From the NCBI RefSeq assembly GCF_964355755.1, contig NC_092676.1:13596871-13660870 (forward strand): 64,000 bases of DNA, written 5' to 3'. How positions within the stretch are numbered: position 1 is the first letter of the stretch; each line of letters starts with the position of its first letter. The notes beneath the pieces are model-generated. The model had not been told where the DNA came from, did no database searches, and saw only the letters and a list, made by a program, of their open reading frames with translations. This document shows positions 40,101-53,907 of this stretch, piece by piece. Origin of the DNA: Antedon mediterranea. Its lineage: Eukaryota; Animalia; Echinodermata. The position numbers and the translations under genes were made by a program.

Positions 40101-40815
40101 ATCAATTAAACTTAAAGATGTATTGTCCCCCAAAAACATGAATAATTAAAATTAATTAAATTATATTGAATTGGTTATTCTCTAGTTTTAATAATTTAAA
40201 AGTAAAAAAAAACAAAACAAATACTGTTTTCACTTATAAAATGAATGGTTAAATTCAACCAAAAACCCATTGGCTGGCAGCCATGACTATTTTCTGCTAG
40301 GTAATTCATTTTTTTCTTCTATCCAATTTTTTGTTAAAGTTTTTGTTTTGTAAAATACAATATTAACTAGAAAGCCACTCCGAGAGTGCATACCTCCGCC
40401 TACTTTAAAATTCTCCTACATAAGATTTCTCCAGTAAAAAAAAAATATATATATATATATATATATTTGTGTGTGTCTTAATGCTGTTTGTGATTTTAGG
40501 CTAATTTCACTACAAGCATGTGTATGCGAGTTTGGTGTAATGGTTTATGTAACAAGCCTGTCAACAATTAACAATAGCTTCAGTTGACTAACAATAGAAC
40601 AGCAACGCGAAAATCAAACGAGTGAATTTGAAAAGAAATAGGTTTTTTAAACTACTCGCATCAAAAACGTGCACATTAAATCAAATTATGTTTTAAAATT
40701 ACAAATCACAAATTATAACTCTTGCCTCTTGTACAAAAATGAAGTTTTTTGGACAAGTAGTTCTCGAGAAAATGCAATTTCAGTTTACTTGTTACTTTAA
40801 GACTGCTTGTCTGCT

Positions 40816-42373
40816 TCTATATATAAATTTACGTAAGGGCAAAATTCGGTAAATCGCGCCTTACTTCTAGAATTTTTACTCGATGGTATATAAAGTTGGT
40901 TCGTACTTTCGGTACTGATTTTAACCACCTGATGTAACCCTGTTTACTAATTAAATTAAGTTAGATAATTAGTTATTGACGATTAAAACGAATTTAGGTT
41001 CAACGATTTGCCCCAAATAGGGGTGTTTTCCGATCGTGGTATACACTGTCTAATGGATGTCCATCTTGAAAAATACCCGCCACAAAAATGCGAGGAGGCT
41101 TCGCATTTTCCTATCTCCTCCTACGATAATTGTTTTTAATAGCTGAAAACCGGTTGAACAGTTCGAGTACAGCATCATAATGTTGAAGACAGGCCGATTT
41201 TCTTTAAAAAATACCATTTTGATACATTTAATATACGTTTTTACAAATGTATTGATTTGTGATGAATGGAACATTCCAAATTATTTGGTTTAACCATACA
41301 GGTATAGATTTAGATTTATGGGCCCCCTTGGAGAATAAACATAAATAGTATTGCAATGCTGTACAATACTGTTAAGGTATTAACCACTTTTGATCGCAAT
41401 TTGAATCGCAAATTTCTTACTGTGAGTGTTGGTACTGTTAGATGTAATATAAAAATATATACAAATAAACTTTATTACTGTGAGTGTGGGTAGGCCCTAC
41501 TGTTAGATTGTAAACATATAATATACAAATAAACATTCCAAATTATTTGGTTTAACCATAGAGGTATAGATTTAGATTTATGGGCCCCCTTGGAGAATAA
41601 ACATAAATAGTATTGCAATGCTGTACAATACTGTTAAGGTATTAACCACTTTTGATCGCAATTTGAATCGCAAATTTCTTACTGTGAGTGTTGGTACTGT
41701 TAGATGTAATATAAAAATATATACAAATAAACTTTATTACTGTGAGTGTGGGTAGGCCCTACTGTTAGATTATAAACATATAATATACAAATAAATAAAC
41801 GTTATTACTGACAGTTGCTTCTCAACGTTTGTATTAATTAATAATTTAAAAATATATAAACGTCGTAGTGGTGTATCGTTACATGTACTTTACTATTTCA
41901 ATCGACTATGACAGTGAGAGTTTTAACAAAGTACCGTATTAAATCGTAAATGTTTTACTGTATTTAGTGGTATATTATTTATAGGCCTATAAAACATTAA
42001 AAACAATATTTCGTTACTGAGTGGATAAGAATATATTTTAAAATGTTTCCTCTTTGTACCTATCTTCTTCCCCCATCCCTCAACCCTTAATGTTACATAC
42101 AAAACACAAATTGGGTTTGTTTAAATGAGTCCAAATAAAAAAATTTGACTCATTTTGTTTCTCTCTCGGAAGTAATTCCCAGGGTGCTAATTTTGGTTGA
42201 CTACATAAATCATTGTGTATATTTATTCGTTTCTGTAAACGACAATGTATTATAGTCCTGCGGTACGTACATTTGAAATCTCCATTTTTTTCTCGCTGGA
42301 AATACTGTGTATTCGAGAACCATCTGTGGGCACGACCTAGATGGTACGCGAGCGAAGCGAGCGTGCCATCTAG
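40816..42373 (+). mobile_element. Non-autonomous Helitron with an internal ~262-bp tandem duplication
   Basis: TCTATATATAAATT start; 3' end GATGGTACGCGAGCGAAGCGAGCGTGCCATCTAG|T; homologous to 32440-33283. Confidence 0.75.
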
Positions 42374-42594
42374 TTTGAAAAATTCTTTTAACACTAGCAG
42401 GTCTGAAAAGAATACTCAAAAAGTGGTCCAGAATTGGGACCATGGTCCCAAATGGTCCAACAATTTAATGGAATGGTCCTTGACCACATATCTATCTGTA
42501 TATTCATTTTGGTAAAGATCTTGTAATTACTTTTTGAGTATTCCTGCTAACAAACAAACAAACACACGCTACCGATTACATATACCTCCTTGGC

Positions 42595-44701
42595 GTATCC
42601 GGATATTCATCCCCCGGACAACCACCACCTGGACCACTACCCCCTTAGGACAACTACCCCCTTAGGACAACTACCCCTTTAGGACAACTACCCCCCGGAC
42701 AACTACCCCCCGGACAAATACCCCCCTGGACAACTGCCCCCTTAGGACAACTATCCCCCGGACAATTACCCCCTAGGAACAATCCCCCCCCCCGGACAAT
42801 CCCCCCACCCCCCGGGTAATTACCCCGCGGACAACTACCTCTGACACAATACTCCTCGTAGGACAACTACTTCCTGGACAATACTCCGAGGGCAAATAAT
42901 CTTTTAGGACAACTACCTCCGTAGGACAACTAACCCCTGGACAACTACCCCCGGACAATTACCCCCTAGGAACAATTACACCCCCCCCCCCCCCCGGGTA
43001 ATTACCCCGCGGACAACTACCTCTGACACAATACTCCCCGTAGGACAACTACCTCCTGGACCTGGACAATACTCCGAGGGCAAATAATCTTTTAGGACAA
43101 CTACCTCCGTAGGACAACTAACCCCTGGACAACTACCACCCAGAAAACTATCCCTTTAGAACAACTACCACCCGGACGGACAACTACCACCCAGACCATT
43201 CAACAACCTGACTCTGCAACAGTGTATAATAGGAATTAATAACTATATTTTAATTCGTTACTTTGACGAATTACTATTCATTATTGTAAACAAAAGTAAA
43301 AGATTGAACATAAATATAGCCTGGTTTAAACTGAAGATTGTCACACATGATCATAGGATAGTCGAACGTATTATATAGTACTCCCTGTATTTACTGTAAA
43401 GACTGGGTTCGCTAATAATAATAATAATTTTTGCGTAAGGACAATGCTTCGATAACCACTGGTCTTGACCTTGACCTCAATGTTCACTCACCGAATAAAC
43501 GGCGATCTTTAAATAAATTCCCCTCAAATAAACGGTGATCATGTCACTCCCATGAAACATCATATGGAATAATCGGCGTCTATTTCCATTAGATTATACC
43601 CCCTCCCATTGAATAAGCAACTTTCTTCCAATAAATGTCCACCTAAAAACCACCTAAACAATAAACAGTCCAGGCCGTTTTGTCAATAAATACGGTACTT
43701 TAAATCTAGCACATCTGGGGTCTAGCGTGCTGTTAAACAGAATAATCGGTAAAAACGGGTGTTTCGAAACTAGAGACCCGAGACCAGAGACCCGAGACCC
43801 AATACGAAAAGGGAGACCTAAATATACGAAAAGGGAGACCCACGTACGAAAAGGGAGACCCCACTATACGAAAAGGGAGACCCTAATATACGAAAAGGGA
43901 GACCTAAATATACGAAAAGGGAGACCCAAATATACGAAAAGGGAGACCCAAATATACAAAATGGGAGACCCAAATATACGAAAAGGGAGACCCTCCCTTT
44001 TCGTATTTTGTCTCGTGTCAGGTCTCTGGTCTCGGGTCTCTAGTTTCAAAACACCCGTTAAAAACAGATGATTTCACTTTTACAGAAACCGGTCCTATAT
44101 ATTTGTCTACTTTTGGATTGGGGGTGGGGGGGGTAGTTGACCGAGGGACAGTTGACCGGGGGGGGTAGTTGACCGGGAGGGTAGTTGACCGGGAGGGTAG
44201 TTGACCGGGAGGGTAGTTGACCGGGGGGGTAGTTGACCGGGTGTAGTTGACCGGGTGTAGTTGACCGGGGGAGGGGAGTAGTTGACCGGGGGAGGGGAGT
44301 AGTTGACCGGGGGAGGGGAGTAGTTGACCGGGGGGTAGTTGACCGGGGGTAGTTGACGGGGGGGGGGGGTAGTTGACCGGGAGTAGTTGACCGGGGGGTT
44401 GTTGACCGGGGGGTAGTTGACCGGGGGTAGTTGACCGGGGGAGTAGTTGACCGGGGGAGTAGTTGACCGGGGGTAGTTGTCCTAAGGGGGGTAGTTGTCC
44501 TAAGGGGGTAGTTGTACTAAGGGGGGTAGTTGTCCTAAGGGTGTAGTTGTCCTAAGGGGGTAGTTGTCCGGGGAGTTGTTATCCTAAGGGGGTAGTTGTC
44601 CTAAGAGGGTAGTTGTCCGGGGGGTAGTTGTCCTAAGGGGGTAGTTGTCCGGGTGGTAAACATCCGGGGGGTAACTGGCTAGGGGGTAGGTGTCCTAGAA
44701 C
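42595..44701. mobile_element. Foldback/MULE-like element with tandem-repeat arms
   Basis: Left arm (GGACAACTACCCC)n, right arm (GGGGTAGTTG(A/T)CC)n; perfect 10-bp TSD CCTCCTTGGC. Confidence 0.8.
43757..44056. mobile_element. 300-bp MULE-like MITE with a 21-bp internal tandem repeat
   Basis: TIR GGGTGTTT(C/T)GAAACTAGAGACCCGAGACC; 9-bp TSD GGTAAAAAC/GTTAAAAAC; (ATATACGAAAAGGGAGACCCA)n. Confidence 0.75.
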
Positions 44702-44909
44702 CCTCCTTGGCGGAGGTAAATTATTGTATGGCTATCCAAAATAACATTCTAAAACTAAGTAACAATAAACATACAGCGTTTCCTTTTTTTAAATGCATAT
44801 AACAAAAAGATCTTCTAGATTTAAATTAACTTATGATTCATTTATTTAATAACTTATACTATTGTTTTTTTTTATTTATTTATTTTTTACATTTTTTTAT
44901 TTTACTTAT

Positions 44910-47637
44910 TACTCTAGTAGCTAGATCAACTTTCGTATGCACTTTGAGGTCCAGAGAATTTGACTTCAGAAATTGGTTTAGGGTGGTCAAACAATCATAT
45001 TTGGCTTGGTTACACATTTTGAAAATGTGGCGAAAGGTGAAAGGTCATAAGACCAAACATAAATATGCCCTTAAATCTCAACAACCACTGGTCACAACGA
45101 GGTAATTTTGGTCTTAAATTAATCGGAAGGTATACATTTATATTCAGTCTAATGGGACATTTTAGTAAAAAATGACCGGAAATGCCATTTCTGACCTTTG
45201 ACCCACAACCCAGGGCATGTATGTATCTCTGTAACTACTGGTCGTAGACACTTGAATTTGGTTTTAAATTCTTCGAAATATATATTGTGTTATTTCTTAC
45301 ACATTTTGAAAAATGTTACAAAAGGTCAAAGGGTCAAGGTCAAGGGTTATTTGAACAAATAAAAAAAGGTACTTGTATCTCGGCAACCACTGGTCGCAGC
45401 AAGTCAATTTTGGTCTCAAAATGTTCAGAAGGCATGCATTTATATTCCATCTAATGGGGATACTTTAAATTGTTTTAATTTCAAGTACTAGTTATTGCTG
45501 TCCCCGAGGACATTTTGATAGAAACGTTAAGCTCAACAGTTCTTTTCAGAATGCTAGAAGTAACTTGCCATATGTATCCGATTAAACGCCCCAGGCATTT
45601 ATTGTTCAAAAGGGTTTTTAGGGGGAAAGGAGGCATCTTTATTTGGGGTATAATATGGTAACATGTATAATCAAATAAATACCACCTAGATGTAAAAAAA
45701 TACTGCACAATTAATATAAGAAAGTGATAAAATTATGTCAAAATGCTTGGTAAATTGTAGATTATGGTAGTTAATGAAATGTGTTGACGTGACACAATTA
45801 TTGTGTAAATGGATGTGGCGGGGCGTTTATTCCACATGGTGTTCTATTGGAGGGAATGGTGGCGTTTATTTGAAGGAATACTCTAATTTTAATAATTGTA
45901 TTTCGTTTCTCAACTGATAAAAGGTACTTAATACATGATTCGTGTTCCTCTTTATGCTTTTTAACGAAATGTTTCTGTCTTTTAAAATAAAAGTGATAGA
46001 TTCCATTAAATGAATGTTCTCCTCCAGGTGCCATTATAATGATATAAAACAATGACACATCATTATCCTGACACGATTGCACTCATAATGGATCTTCATT
46101 CTATCATCTATTTGTTTGTAACTACAAATTTGACAACAATCTTTTGCATAGTTTTAAATGCCAATACATAGTTTCATTAATATTGTACAATATGTCCAGC
46201 TTTCCTGAAAACACCCTTGTGTACTGTAGTACAGTGTTGTAGTATGATTTTATCATGATAAACTTCTGATGCTTTTATTGTCAATGCATTCAGTACCTAA
46301 AACATGTCAAAGTTTCTAGTGGTATTGATAATAAATCTCCAGAAATATATATTGTTTTATTATCTACACTGGGAACAGACGTGTATATGTATAAGTTTTG
46401 TCGTTGACATTCAAAACTATTATGCAACAGTGTTACGTAATAATGACAATGACTTGGTCTATTATTGTGGTCTCCGATACCTTTTATTACATGATTGTAC
46501 TTCCACCAGGATAGAATGAGGTTTAATCTCGTTATTATTCTTATTATATATATATATTTTTTTTCATATATATATCTGGGGTGTATTTATTAGATTATAC
46601 ATGTTACTATTATTACACCCAACAAAATAAACACCTTCCCTGAATAAATAAATGCCCGAGGCTTTTATTCGGGTAACTACAGTAAATTACTTTTAGCATT
46701 CTCAAAATGTTTGAACGTTCGGGGGTCAACAATACTTTCTAGCATTATTATAAGCAAAAGTACAATTATTACAAACAGTAAAGGATTTGTTTTAATTCCT
46801 ATAATGAAATTATTAAGCATCAATTATTGCATAACATTACTGTCTAATGATAAGTTGGGTAGATATGTTTTTCATTTAAAAGATTAGTAATTAATAGTAT
46901 TTCTGATCATCTTTTATCCAAATTTTCTGTTAGAATGAATGTAAATATGTGTATTTCTAACAATTTGATACTAAATTTAAGTTTCTACGACCTGTACTTA
47001 CAGAGATAAGAAGATGCCCTGGTATGTATGTCAAAGGTCAGAAATGTCATTTCCGGTCATTTTCGACTAAAATGTTTCATTAGACTGAATATGAATGTAT
47101 ACCTTCTGAACATTTTGAGACCAAAATTTACTCGCTGTGACCAGTGGTTGCCGAGATACAAATACCTATTTGTGTTTATTCATATAACCCCTGCCTTGAC
47201 CTTTTGACCTTTTGTAACATTGTTCAAAATGTGTAACAAATAACTAAATGTATATTTCGAACAATTTGAGCCCAAATTCAAGTCTCTACGGCCAATAGTT
47301 ACGGAGATACAGACATGCCCTGGTTTATGGGTCAAAGGTCAGAAATGGCATTTCCGGTCATTTTCGACTAAAATGTTTCATTAGACTGAATATGAATGTA
47401 TACCTTTTGATCAATTTGAGACCAAAATTACCTCGCTGTGACCAGTGGTTGTCGAGATTTAAGGACATAATGGTGTTTGATCTTATAACCTTTGACCCTG
47501 ACCTTTTGACCTCTCGCCACATTTTCAAAATGTGTAACCAAGCCAAAAATGATTGTTTGACCACCCTAAACCAATTTCTGAAGTCAAATTCTCTGGACCT
47601 CAAAGTGCATACGAAAGTTAATCTAGCTACTAGAGTA
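44910..47637. mobile_element. Non-autonomous Academ-type element C2 (close relative of C1)
   Basis: Same TIRs as C1, TSD TAT, colinear with 28477-31447 apart from a deletion near 45460. Confidence 0.9.
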
Positions 47638-47944
47638 TATGTCTTTTTACTTCTTATTTTATATTCTTACTATGTATATATTACTCGTCATACTTGATTA
47701 TGTTTATGTATCTTTTCTGGTGGGTAATCCTTAAAATTCTTTGAACTTATTTGCCCACCAGCCACACATCTTTCTTATATATATATATATGTTTATTGTT
47801 ACTTAATTATCATATTCATTTTGTGTGGAAAATCAATAAAAACAAACAAACAAACTATATAATGATTACATCTTATTTCCTTTTCCTTTCTCTCTCTTTA
47901 CATCAGATGTGGTATTCAACAGCATGTGATTAGGATATATTATT

Positions 47945-48150
47945 TTAACCAATCGTCTTAACCTCATACTTTCTTGGACCTAATACTTTCATTATTATGC
48001 CATTTAGCCATTTGTCTTGTGCTTTAGCTTGTGTTCTCATGTTTTTCACTTTTACTTTGTCTGAAACTGAAAAGATTTTAGGATCTTTATGTAGTTTTTG
48101 GCTATATTGTTTACATTCTATTCGTTTCGCTAAACTAGGATTAATTAATG
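47945..48150 (-). pseudogene. Gypsy integrase C-terminal fragment
   Basis: FSVSDKVKVKN...KWLNGIIMKVLGPRKYEV resembles the GPY/F-type module. Confidence 0.5.
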
Positions 48151-49635
48151 ACGATACGATACGATAAAACTTTATTGTCACAACGGAAAAAATATACAGT
48201 TATAAGATATGGTTCCTTACAGTAGGTACACTCTAGTTAGTATGAATATAACATAAATTACAAGACTAAAATAAATAATAAACAGAGAAATGTAACAAAA
48301 ACATGAGTAATAAGCGAACTAGCGTTTAAAATCTCTATTGAACGACCTGACAGCTGATGGAATATATGTGTTTCTAAATCTGTTTGTATTGACTTTGGGG
48401 TGGAGTAATCTACCTGATCTGCAGGTAACAAGGGTATCAAAGACAGGGTGAGTAACATCAGACATAATACAATTAAGTTTTTTAGACATCATTTCATTAC
48501 ATAAGTGTTCTAACAATTTAACATCGGTGTCTATAATCTTACCCGCTTGTTTAATAATCGAATTTAAGTTCAGTTCATTTAACCAAATAATGATACAAAT
48601 TGAAAGAGCAGATTGTACAACAGAAACGTAAAACATGTAAAATATTGGACTTAACATTAAGTTTTCTCATTCTACGTAGAAAGTACATTCTTTTATTACA
48701 TTTTGTAGCGAGCTTATCCGTGTTAACATTCCAATTTAGTTTATCGTCAGTATAATTACCAAGATATTTATGATCTTTAACAACTTCTACCTCTTTATCA
48801 TTGATCAACAGACACTCATGGTTTTGATTAGCTTTCCTGAAGTCAACAACAATTTCCTTAGTTTTTTCAACAAGATGATTTTGAGAACACCAATCAACAA
48901 AAGAATTAACATATTCCTTATATACATCTAAGTTATTATTGTCATCGATTAAACCTACTAAACAAGTGTCATCTGCAAATTTAATAGGGAATCATTTAGT
49001 TCGGTTAATAACAGGAAGTACATAATCATTAGAATACAGCGAACAGCACTGAGGAGCACCGGTATTGCAAGGCAAACAGCCAGAAACCGAATTATTGAAT
49101 GTGACCGACTGCTTTCTGTTGTTTAGAAAATCAGCTACCCAAAAATTCAGCACAGGATTAACACCCATCAACTTCAGTTTGTTAATTAAGAGGTGAGGCT
49201 GAATAAGTGTTAAATGCCGAGGAGAATTCTAAGAACAGTAGTGTAGCATGTGACCTGGGCTTGTTACAAGCTTGTGGGTAAGCGTAATTACCGCATCTTC
49301 AACACTGCTATTTTTCCTATAAGCAAATTGATGACTGTCTAACAAATCATTAGTTTCCAAAGTCAACTTAGATTTAACAATTTTTTCTAGGCACTTCATA
49401 GGGATTGCTGTTAAAGCTATCGGTCTGTAATCATTTAATCTGCTAGGTTTACTAATCTTAGGTATAGGGATAATATTAGACAGTTTCCACAAACTGGGAA
49501 TCTTAAAGCTACTGTATCCAGAGACCATTGAAAAAGATATTGAAATATAGCACTTAATTCTTTAAAACAAGACTTTAAAATTCTACCAGAAACACAGTCT
49601 AGTCCAGCTGCCTTTTTATGTTTAACATTCCTTAA

Positions 49636-52600
49636 TAGTAGAGCAGTTAACGCCATAAAAATAGCCAAGTTGTGCACTTTATTACCAAAGCATGAAACTT
49701 TCCACAAAGTTTCTTTGATGTATATAGATTCAAAATATCGGGGGGTGCCAAGTGTCCAACGTCCGGTATGGCGGCCATCTTGATTTCAAAATGGCCACCA
49801 TAAAAACAAAAAGTGTTAATATCTTGGTAACTATAAACAGTAGAGACTTGATTCTGGTGTTAAATTGTTCACAAACCACATATTTCTATTTGCTCTAATG
49901 AAAAGTTTCGTCCAAAAATGACCGGAAATGACGTTTCTTCCAGTTTGACCTTTGACCTCTTATCTGTATATCTCAGTAACTACTGATTATTTTCAATCGA
50001 TTTTGGTGTCATTTTGTTCAGAATAAAGACATTTATATTTGTAGTAATGAAACATTTTCACATAAAATGACTGGAAATAAAATTTATAACCTTTAACTAT
50101 GTGAACATACTGTATGTGGTTAAATTGGTATAAATGCACCTAATTTTTTTACCGAAATAAATGACACGGAATTATTATTCTGAATTTTTAACTTTTGATG
50201 TGATAGGATAGGCATAAAGTATGACAGATCACTGAGCTCATCTATGCCGACATGTTTGCTAAACTGTTATGTGTCAATCGTTTTTTCATTGCATCTAAAA
50301 AAATGTACTCCATTTTTATGGTAATGGGCCTTTGCTGTAAACCTTTCATCTGAATCCTTTTCCTCGATTTTCTCTAATCATTGATTTTTTAGCAAAATCC
50401 GAACTAAATCAGTTCGTAAAAGACATCTCAATATAATTATTCAAGCAATCCTCAAATTAGTGACATGGACCTACAATATACTGTTCTGTACAAGACCTGT
50501 TTAGGCATCCACCTGTGGACTTTCACTTTAAAGGTCTTGGTTTCCTAATCATACAAGAAACAATGTCTAATTTAATCAATCAAAGTAGTGGGACCAGACA
50601 AAGAAGGGGGTGTAAGACCATCCACAGACAAAGAAGGGGGTGTAAGACCATCCACAGACAAAGAAGGGATTGTAAGACCATCCACATACAAAGAAGAGGG
50701 AATAAGACCATCCACAGACAAAAAAGGGGGTGTAAGACCATCCACAGACAAAGAAGGGGGTGTAAGACCATCCACACAAAAAGAAGGAGGTATAAGACCA
50801 TCCACAGACAAAGAAAGGGGTGTAAGGCCATCTACAGACAAAGAAGGGGATGTAGGACCGTCCACAGACAAAGAAGGGGGTATAAGACCATACACTGACA
50901 AAAAAAGGGGTATAGGACCATCCACAGACAAAGAAGGGGGCGTAGGACCATCCACAGACAAAGAAGGGGGTGCAAGACCATCCACTGACAAAGAAAGGGG
51001 TATAGGACCACTTACAGACAAATAAGGGGTGTAGGACCATCCACAGACAAAGAAGGGGTGTGACCATCCACAGACAAAGAAGGGGAGAAGACCATCCACA
51101 GACAAAGAAGGGGATATAAGACCATCCACAGACAAAGAAGGGGGTATAAGACCATCCACAGACAAAGAAATAAAAATCCACAGACAAATTAAAGGAGTGC
51201 AAGACCATCCATACACAAAGGGGTGTATAAGACCATCCACATACAAAAAAGGGGTGTAATACCATCAACGGACAAAGAAAGGGGTGTAATACCATCAACA
51301 GACAAAGAAGGGGGTATAAGATCACCCACAGGCACAGAAGGGGTATAAAACCGTCCACAGAAAAAGAAAGGGGTGTAAGACCATCCACAGACAAAGAAGG
51401 AGGTGTAGAACCGTCCACAGACAAAGAAGGGGGGTGTAAGACCATCCACCACTGACAAAGAAAGGGGTATAGGACCACTTACAGACAAAGAAGGGGTATA
51501 AGACCATCCACAAACAAATTAAAGGAGTGCAAGACCAGCCATACACAAAGAAAGGGGTGTATAAGACCATCCACATACAAAAAAAGGGTGTAATACCATC
51601 AACGGACAAAGAAAGGGGTGTAATACCATCAACAGACAAAGAAGGGGGTATAAGATCACCCACAGGCACAGAAGGGGGTATAAGACCGTCCACAGAAAAA
51701 GAAAAGGGTGTAAGACCATCCACAGACAAAGAAGGGGGTGTAGAACCGTCCACTGACAAAGAAAGGGGTATAGGACCACTTACAGACAAAGAAGGGGTAT
51801 AAGACCATCCACAGACAAAAAAGGAGGTGTAGGACCATCGGACCATCCACAGACAAAGAAGGGGATGTAAGACCACCCACAGACAAAGAAGGGGTGTAAG
51901 ACCATCCACATACAAAGAAGGGATTATAAGACCATCTACAGACAAAGACAGGGGTGTAAGACCATCCACACACAAAGAAAGGGGTTTAATACCATCAACA
52001 GACAAAGAAAGGGGTGTAATACCATCAACAGACACAGAAGGGGGTATAAGACCATCCATAGACAAAGAAAGGGGTATAAGACCGTCCACAAAGAAAGGGG
52101 TGTAAGACCATCCACAGACAAAGAAGGGTGCATAAGACTATCCACAGACAAAGAAGGGGGTGTAGGACCATCCACAGAAATAGAAGGGGTGTAGGACCAT
52201 CCACAGACAAAGAAGGGAGTGTAGGACCATCCACAGACAAAGAAGGGGTGTAAGACCATCTACAGACAAAGAAATGGGTGTAAGACCATCCACACATAAA
52301 GAAAGGGGTGTAATAATACCATCAACAGACACAGAAGCGGGTAAAGACCATCCACAGACAAAGAATGGGGTATAAGATCATCTACAGACAAAGAAGGAGG
52401 GTTAGGACCATATTAACCGAGGAAGAATACAAAAATAAGATGCAATCAAAATAGGCCTACCACTTGGAAAACAATAAATTGTAGAATAACTGTGGCTTAA
52501 TTGTTGAAATAGAAAGGGTTCTTTGTAAGGTCATTAATAATATATTGATATAAACACGATCATCATACTATATTCATTTGACAATCAAATACAGTCTGTC

Positions 52601-53346
52601 TCGAAAAGAAGCTCATACTATCACCTTTTCGAGGTTTTACGGTATTCAATAACATGTATGTTATTTCCTCTGTCAAACTATTAAAACTTTTAGCGAATCA
52701 GAAGGTGCCAACATCATTGAACTAATGGTACCACCAAGCACAATGTTTACCAATTTTATGTACTATATACAATTTAAGTCCATTAATCATTTAATATAAT
52801 TACGCCTATCAGGTTAAAGTTCAAAATTAGGTGCACTTTAGACCAACAAAAACCACCTACAGTATATTCACATAATTAAAAATCAATAAATTAATGTCAA
52901 AGGTCATAAATTGTATTTCCGGTCAATTTATGTGAAAATGTTTCATTACTACAAATATAAATGTATTTATTCTGAACAAAATGACACCAAAATCGATTGA
53001 AAATGACCAGTAGTTACAGAGATATACAAATACAAGGTCAAAGGTCAAACTGTAAGAAACGTCATTTCCGGTCATTTTTAGACGAAACTTTTCATTAGAG
53101 CAAATAGAAATACATAGTTTGTGAACAATTTGAGACCAGAATTAAGTCTCTAATGTGTATAGTTGCCAAGATATGAACATTTTTTGTTTTTATGGTGGCC
53201 ATTTTGAAATCAAGATGGCCGCCATACCGGACGTTGGACACTTGGCACCCCCCGATATTTGAATCTATATACATCAAAGAAACTTTGTGCCAAGTTTCAT
53301 GCTTTGGTAATAAAATGCACAGCTCATGTCATTAACTGCTCTACTA
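49636..53346 (-). mobile_element. Non-autonomous Academ derivative B2 (inverted copy of B1)
   Basis: Same TIRs as B1, TSD TTAA, same minisatellite; lacks ~300 bp of the XPG remnant present in B1. Confidence 0.85.
50590..52410 (-). repeat. 30-bp minisatellite, roughly 60 units (same family as 16250-17755)
   Basis: Reverse-complement units GACCATCCACAGACAAAGAAGGGGGTGTAA. Confidence 0.95.
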
Positions 53347-53907
53347 TTAAGCTACTGTACGTTCAACATCATTGAGATCAATCATGACGCTATCATAATC
53401 AAAACAGCGATCCCTGATCCGGGATTGGCTGGCTATGTATAGTTGCGATACGTTACCTAGCGGTCGTTTTGAAAAGTACACGCAAGGCAAACTTAATCAC
53501 GAACAAACGAAGTACCTTGTCTATTACTATATTATTATTCACACAAGAAGTAGACAACGGTACGGTGAGTATATAGATCATGATTACACTTTGTATCTAC
53601 TGTACTACACTTAAGATTAGCTTAATAGGCCTAGCCTACCTAGGCAGTATCAATGTCGGCAAATCAGAGGGTTTTCTAGTTTAAGCCTAGTCTAGAAGGC
53701 CTGGACCTAGGCTAGTATTCTTGCTGATTTTGTAATTTTACAACAAATGAGACAACAAATAGTTATTGTCTCAGATGTAGGGCTACTACAGGTCATAAAA
53801 AAACATTAGCTTAGATCAAAGATCAAACCTATACTAATTACAATGATAGCATCTACAAACATCATGCCACAAAGAACGCGCGAAAGAAGCGTGGCCAACA
53901 AGGTTAA

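Larger units (their letters stand above)
40367..44719 (-). mobile_element. Helentron/HINE-like element with nested insertions
   Basis: The minus strand starts TTACCTCCGCCAAGGAGG (once the foldback is removed), followed by (GTTT)n. It ends GGCGGAGGTATG, hairpin CACTC-tcg-GAGTG, CTAG|T. Confidence 0.7.
48151..53410 (-). mobile_element. Rex1/Babar-like LINE (5'-truncated, decayed RT), interrupted by Academ B2
   Basis: KAAGLD, LNDYRPIALTAIPMKCLEK, QFAYR, FADD, KYLG, TNRFRNTYIPSAVR; 3' end GACAATAAAG plus (TATCG)n. Confidence 0.85.

Noticed and set aside
42654-44071. Gly/Cys-rich and Lys/Arg-rich ORFs
   Set aside because: They are translations of tandem repeats in foldback/MITE arms.
25958-47697. 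Repeated 70-110-aa ORFs (MSRFKDIMVF..., ...REFDFRNWFRVV...)
   Set aside because: They are translations of C-family TIRs on both strands with no recognisable domain.
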